Shown: positions 59,649-64,000 of the stretch, piece by piece | How the letters are laid out: each line of letters starts with the position of its first letter | Position numbering within the stretch: position 1 is the first letter of the stretch | Origin: an uncultured Candidatus Bathyarchaeia archaeon | Lineage (GTDB): Archaea > Thermoproteota > CALKCG01 > B24 | Assembly (NCBI GenBank): GCA_964463005.1 | Contig: CAYWZZ010000006.1 | Location: forward strand, 4,236 to 68,235 | Direction: 5' to 3' | DNA: 64,000 nt | Position numbers and translations under genes: made by a program | Notes under the pieces: model-generated | Told to the model about the DNA's origin: nothing | Databases searched by the model: none | Seen by the model: the letters and a program-made list of their open reading frames with translations, nothing else

Positions 59649-61010
59649 TTATTCTTCTGAGAGGAATTTCGTACCCCAATGTTCTAATGCCTTTCGCAAC
59701 TCAACGTGGTCTTTAGCATACTCTCCTAAGGGGATGTTATTCATAAATGCCTCCATAGCCTGTCGCATAGCCGTTGCGCCAGCTTTAGTCCCCATCGGAT
59801 GCCCATGGATGCCTCCCCCGGCATTCAGCTGAATATCTGGAAAGCCTAGCAGTTGTAGGTTTGCGGGAACTAAAGCTGGATGTATCCCACCGGAGGCTAC
59901 GGGTAATGTCGATTTAAGACCATACCAGTCACTTCTCAGAAAGTCGTTCATATAGCGAATTCCGGCAAGACCGGAAAAACTTTCAAGCTGCTTCAACGCT
60001 CCGCTACCGGGTTTCTCCATCTTACCCTTAGCAGTCCCCGTATGCAGTTGATCACCGCCAGCCAACCTAACGAGCTTAGCTAATACGAGCATGTGAATGC
60101 CGTGCTCGGGGTTTCTCGTCATAGCAGCATGTAGACATCTATGGACGTGAATTGGAACTTTAACAGATGGATCTTCGGCCAACTCCCTTAAAGCAGGGTA
60201 ACCCGTGCAGAGGACATCTATCATTATGCAGTTGGCACCATTACTGAGGGCTATCTCAACGTTCTTCCACAATCTATTCAAATCCGCTGTAACATCAACT
60301 GCATATAACACCGTTCTACCAGTTTCCTCCTTAACTTTATCGAGCACACTCATCACGTGAGAAACTCTTTCTTCCAACTGGTTGAACTTTTGACTTGTAA
60401 GCGTTTCATCGTCCTTTATGAAGTCAACACCACCTATGGCAGCTTCATATGCCACTTTAGCCGTCTCCGCGGGGTTGAGGCCTACTTTAGGTTTGATTAT
60501 CGTACCTAAGTGAGGCCTTGGATTTCCATGAGTGCCTATTATTCTCCTCACACCCTCTATGCCGAATTTCGGTCCTTTAAACATCTTAACGTATTCTTTA
60601 GGTAGGCTTACGTCTAGCAATCTCACATTTTTTAGAGCACCTATTCCAAACAAGTTGCCAGCTATGATTGAAAGCATATGCGAAATGCCAGCTTCTAAAT
60701 CAAATAAATCTAAAGGAAATGCCACTTTTGCCAATCCTCCACCATTTAACTTCTCAACTTGAAAGACTTTACCTGCTAACTTCAATACCCTATCAGTTAT
60801 CGTTACAACTTTTGTCCACGTTCCTATAGATTGTTCAGCAACAAGGTTTATCGCAGCACTTTGAAGGCTGAGATTTTCCCTTGGGGTTATGTAATAGAGA
60901 CATATAACGTGACTATCGGGGTCTATTTCCTCAACACTGGCTGTGAAGGTTTTTATCCAAAATTCCTCCTCAAACCACTCCTTACTCATGCCCATGAAGG
61001 CAACGCCCAC
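59649..61010 (-). CDS. rbcL: RuBisCO large subunit homologue with a complete catalytic residue set (form III-like)
   Basis: AEQSIGTWT (E60/T65/W66), AGNLFG (N123), IIKPKVGL (K175/K177), GGVDFIKDDE (K201/D203/E204), HVHRCLH (H294/R295/H298), GGDQLHTGT (H327), ASGGIH (S379) and NAGGGIHGHP (G403/G404). Confidence 0.8.
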   Translation of the reverse strand: MGVAFMGMSKEWFEEEFWIKTFTASVEEIDPDSHVICLYYITPRENLSLQSAAINLVAEQSIGTWTKVVTITDRVLKLAGKVFQVEKLNGGGLAKVAFPLDLFDLEAGISHMLSIIAGNLFGIGALKNVRLLDVSLPKEYVKMFKGPKFGIEGVRRIIGTHGNPRPHLGTIIKPKVGLNPAETAKVAYEAAIGGVDFIKDDETLTSQKFNQLEERVSHVMSVLDKVKEETGRTVLYAVDVTADLNRLWKNVEIALSNGANCIMIDVLCTGYPALRELAEDPSVKVPIHVHRCLHAAMTRNPEHGIHMLVLAKLVRLAGGDQLHTGTAKGKMEKPGSGALKQLESFSGLAGIRYMNDFLRSDWYGLKSTLPVASGGIHPALVPANLQLLGFPDIQLNAGGGIHGHPMGTKAGATAMRQAMEAFMNNIPLGEYAKDHVELRKALEHWGTKFLSEE

Positions 61011-61152
61011 ATAATATTAGTTTGACTAGTATAAAAACGTGATTTTACAGGCAACCTAATTTAACTGACATCGAATCTCCATCTGCAATGTTGAGGAGAA
61101 ATTATTAATTCTGGATTGGAAGAATGTTACTCTTAGAGGGGTTTGATTTAAA

Positions 61153-62601
61153 ATGAGGTACTTCCTAGGTTTGGATGTAGGTACTAAGAATATTAAAGCA
61201 ACCGTGTTAAGCGATGAAGGAAACATCGAAGAAGAGGTTTCGATTTCAGTTTACGACTTGATAAATCAGCCTAGAGCTGGGTTTGTAGAGCGCGATCCAC
61301 TGGCGCTCTGGAAGAGGGTATGCGATAGTTTAAAGAGGCTTAAACTTAAAGATAAAATTGAAGGTGTTTGCGTTGACGCTACGAGCGGCACGATTGTGCC
61401 AGTAGATGAGGCGGGCATCCCTCTGCACAACCTTATAATGTACAATGATAGTAGAGCTGTAACAGAGGCGGAGGAGCTTAGAAAGTCTAGCTCTAAAGCA
61501 CGTGAATTTGAAAGTTTCCTTCCAATAACACCTCAGCTAGTTCTACCTAAAATAATGTGGATGAAAGAACATTGTGAATTCTACGGAAGGATCTATAAAA
61601 TACTCCATGAAAGCGACTACATAGTCTATAAATTAACTGGATTATTCGCATCTTCTACTAACACTGCCGGAAAATCTCACGCGCTTTTAGACCGTTTAAA
61701 GTACCTTGAAGAGGCATATGAAGATGTAAATGTACCAGTTGACTTTATGCCCGAGTTAAAGCCCATAGGCTCAATAGTAGGTTACGTGACGGAGAATGCA
61801 AGCGTGGAAACTGGCTTACCGAGTGGAATACCTGTGATAAATGGGGTTACAGATGCAAGCGCCGGAGATATAACTTCAGGAGCCATAAAAGCTGGACAAG
61901 CAAATGCAACGATAGGTACAGCTTTGACAGTTCACGTAGTCGTTGATAAACCCGTACCAGACGCATTTCAACGATTCTACTACAAAACATACGTTAACGA
62001 TTTGTTCCTAGCAGGAGGATTTACAAACGCAGGGACAACTGCTTTAGACACTATGAGTAGACTTTTAGGTAAAAATCTCATGGAGCTCACGGATATGGCT
62101 AGGAAGGTTCCACCGGGTTGCGAGGGTCTAATTGCATGTACAGAATGGTATGGCGTAAGAGTGCCGAAGACATATCCTAGTGTCAGAGGATTTTTCATCG
62201 GGCTTTCAGAAATCACGGCAAATCCGGGTGTTATCTTTAGAAGTATGTTGGAGGGGTCTGCTTTAGCGCTTAAACTTATGCTGGATTCTGTAGAGGAGGT
62301 GACGAAGATTAAAGTGTACGATCTTAGGGTGAGTGGGGGTGCTTCTAGAAATGACCTATTTATGAGTATCATAGCTGACGTTTCAGGTAAAGACGTTTAC
62401 GCAGTTGAAGAGCCAAATTCCGCCGTTGGTTCAGCTATATTGGCTATGTGGGGCTGTACAGGGGGAGAAATAGAGAAGATAGTGAGTAAAGTGGTTAAGA
62501 TAAGGGAGCGGTTTAAGCCTAATATGGAAAACCATGTAAAATATTCGAATCTACTGGATAAGTATGTTAAATTGGTTGAAAACCTAGCTAAGATAGTATA
62601 G
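61153..62601 (+). CDS. FGGY-family carbohydrate kinase, second copy
   Basis: MRYFLGLDVGTKNIKATV at the N-terminus; 482 aa. Divergent from the rbcL operon. Confidence 0.8.
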   Translation: MRYFLGLDVGTKNIKATVLSDEGNIEEEVSISVYDLINQPRAGFVERDPLALWKRVCDSLKRLKLKDKIEGVCVDATSGTIVPVDEAGIPLHNLIMYNDSRAVTEAEELRKSSSKAREFESFLPITPQLVLPKIMWMKEHCEFYGRIYKILHESDYIVYKLTGLFASSTNTAGKSHALLDRLKYLEEAYEDVNVPVDFMPELKPIGSIVGYVTENASVETGLPSGIPVINGVTDASAGDITSGAIKAGQANATIGTALTVHVVVDKPVPDAFQRFYYKTYVNDLFLAGGFTNAGTTALDTMSRLLGKNLMELTDMARKVPPGCEGLIACTEWYGVRVPKTYPSVRGFFIGLSEITANPGVIFRSMLEGSALALKLMLDSVEEVTKIKVYDLRVSGGASRNDLFMSIIADVSGKDVYAVEEPNSAVGSAILAMWGCTGGEIEKIVSKVVKIRERFKPNMENHVKYSNLLDKYVKLVENLAKIV

Positions 62602-62694
62602 CTTAGAGTCCTTAATAAGGTTAGGCTTCAAGTGAAGCGATGCATTTATCTCGTACTCAATGGATTTTTATAACCGCGGATATGGTACAATTTC

Positions 62695-63381
62695 ATGGTG
62701 TCAACTTTGAAGTTTAAAGCAATAGTGCTTGATATGGATGGTACTCTTGTAGACTCTTCGGAGGCACATTTGAAAGCATGGTCTAAGGCTGCTGAGAAGC
62801 TGGGCGTTTATGTTCCAGAAAGCAAGATAAAGTCTGAGTTCGGTAAGTCGAGTTACGATATGGCTAAGGCTTTCCTACCACCTGATAGAGTTGAAGATGC
62901 TATTCGATTTGCTGAGCTTAAAGATAGGATATTCATGGAGGATTGTTTAAGCCTAATTAAGCCGATCGTAGGGGTAGCAGAGGCTCTTAAAGGATTTAAA
63001 GAAGTAGGTCTAGATATCGCCGTAGCTTCTTCAAACCCACGGAGGCTTGTAGTTAAAGTTTTAAATCTAACCAACCTGCTAGGCTACGTGGATGTTGTAA
63101 TCGGTTCCGAAGACGTTAGGAGGGGGAAGCCGCATCCAGATATGGTTGAAGAAGCCATTAAAAGACTGAATGTGAAGCCATGTGAAGCCATATACGTGGG
63201 CGATACGGTGTACGATGTAAAAGCAGGCAAAGCAGCTGGCGTATTCACAGTCGCCGTTTTAACAGGAGTAGCATCTAGAGAAGAGCTTGAGAATTCGCAA
63301 CCTGATATGATAGTGGAAAACATAAAAGATCTGTTAAAGAGCTTAACGGGTGGGCGCTATCCATTCGTAGAGAAAACATAA
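62695..63381 (+). CDS. HAD-superfamily hydrolase, subfamily IA (phosphatase/beta-phosphoglucomutase-like)
   Basis: IVLDMDGTLVDS is motif I. Also SSNPRR and VGDTVYDVKAGKAAG. Confidence 0.8.
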   Translation: MVSTLKFKAIVLDMDGTLVDSSEAHLKAWSKAAEKLGVYVPESKIKSEFGKSSYDMAKAFLPPDRVEDAIRFAELKDRIFMEDCLSLIKPIVGVAEALKGFKEVGLDIAVASSNPRRLVVKVLNLTNLLGYVDVVIGSEDVRRGKPHPDMVEEAIKRLNVKPCEAIYVGDTVYDVKAGKAAGVFTVAVLTGVASREELENSQPDMIVENIKDLLKSLTGGRYPFVEKT

Positions 63382-63414
63382 ATTTAGGTTACGTGAATGG
63401 TCTAAACGGTTTAT

Positions 63415-64000
63415 ATGAAGCCAATTAGAGTAATTGACTTAAGTCAAGTACTGTACAACTGTCTGCCTTTATGGCCTACTCAGCCAAACCTTCTATATGA
63501 GATGTTGAGCAATGTTGCACGTGACGGAAGTACTATGCATGTAATTCGACAAATGACTACACATAGCGGCACACGTCGACGTACCTCTGCATTTCATATT
63601 TGATGGAAGATCCGTCGACCAAATGTCGATAGAAGATTTCACTGGCGAAGGTCTAGTAGTAGACCTGTCGTATAAGAGAGCTGGAGAAGCAATAACCATT
63701 AATGACATCAAAGTTTACGAGAGTGAGATAAAGCCTGGAGATGTTTTAATACTTCACACCGGATGGGATAAGAAATTCGGATTTAACCCAGAGTATCTTT
63801 TCGAATGGCCGTATGTAATAGAGGAGACTGCTGAATACTTAGTTGGAAAGAAGATAAAAGCCCTCGGAGTTGATACGTTAAGTGTTGGCGGTTGGGATGG
63901 ACAACTACCAGGACATGGCCCAGTAGCGGTTAAAGGATCGCCAGCTAGAGTCCACCGTATTCTACTCGGTGCTGGTATAGTCCTCATAGAGTCTTTAACG
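63415..64000 (+). pseudogene. cyclase-family protein (kynurenine-formamidase-like); frame broken by loss of an AC dinucleotide at about 63571-63574; the 3' end runs off the window
   Basis: ORF 63415..63603 ends ...MTTHSGTRRRTSAFHI. Restoring acacac gives the canonical HSGTHVDVPLHFIFDG, and the rest of the cyclase domain follows in the shifted frame (...ILHTGWDKKFG...). Confidence 0.5.

Noticed and set aside
1-64000. CRISPR arrays, IS elements, transposases and integrases.
   Set aside because: No regularly spaced direct repeats and no transposase or integrase-like ORFs were seen on either strand.

Overview
This is a 64 kb archaeal chromosomal segment of about 42% GC. It carries archaeal hallmark genes: ribosomal protein L44e, prefoldin beta, the aCPSF1 KH/beta-CASP nuclease overlapping the proteasome beta subunit, the tRNA-splicing endonuclease EndA, RtcA, a TIP49/RuvB-like AAA+ ATPase, a PibD/FlaK-type prepilin peptidase and ATP-dependent DNA ligase. 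This suggests a TACK/Thermoproteota-type lineage, which is an inference. Coding is dense on both strands. There are three tRNAs (Val-TAC, Asn-GTT, Ala-GGC), no CRISPR array and no recognisable transposase or integrase.

Three functional blocks stand out. The first is a glycan and nucleotide block at 0-12 kb: DNA ligase overlapping a radical-SAM SplB-like gene, two HD hydrolases, a dTMP-kinase-like gene, GH20-like and GH42-like hydrolases, and a CitG-like gene next to an ECF-S-like gene. The second is a carbohydrate island at about 24-34 kb: xylose-isomerase-like TIM barrels, ThuA, GH3, an amidohydrolase and Gfo/Idh/MocA. It reads like a 3-keto-glycoside-type module and ends between two tRNA genes. 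The third, at about 56-64 kb, is the most unusual. A RuBisCO large-subunit homologue retains the canonical catalytic residues and appears co-operonic with a GH42 beta-galactosidase and an FGGY sugar kinase. A second FGGY kinase, a HAD hydrolase and a cyclase are divergently encoded next to it.

The window also contains at least seven gene-disrupting lesions. One is an in-frame TAA in a small RAM-domain gene. One is a 19-nt insertion in an e2b2/MtnA isomerase. Four are +/-1 shifts at C/G homopolymers, in the Gfo/Idh/MocA gene (twice), a TIM-barrel gene and a GNAT gene. One is an AC-dinucleotide loss in the cyclase. The homopolymer bias points to read or assembly errors, or slippage-prone pseudogenisation. 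Either way it limits how firmly several calls can be made.

Other notable items are a VapBC pair, an ArsR-regulated heterodimeric ABC exporter, two PflA-like radical SAM enzymes (one with N-terminal ferredoxin clusters), a membrane-anchored S16 Lon-like peptidase and a MazG-like protein with a Cys-rich tail. Every functional call rests on motif recognition by eye. No database search was run.
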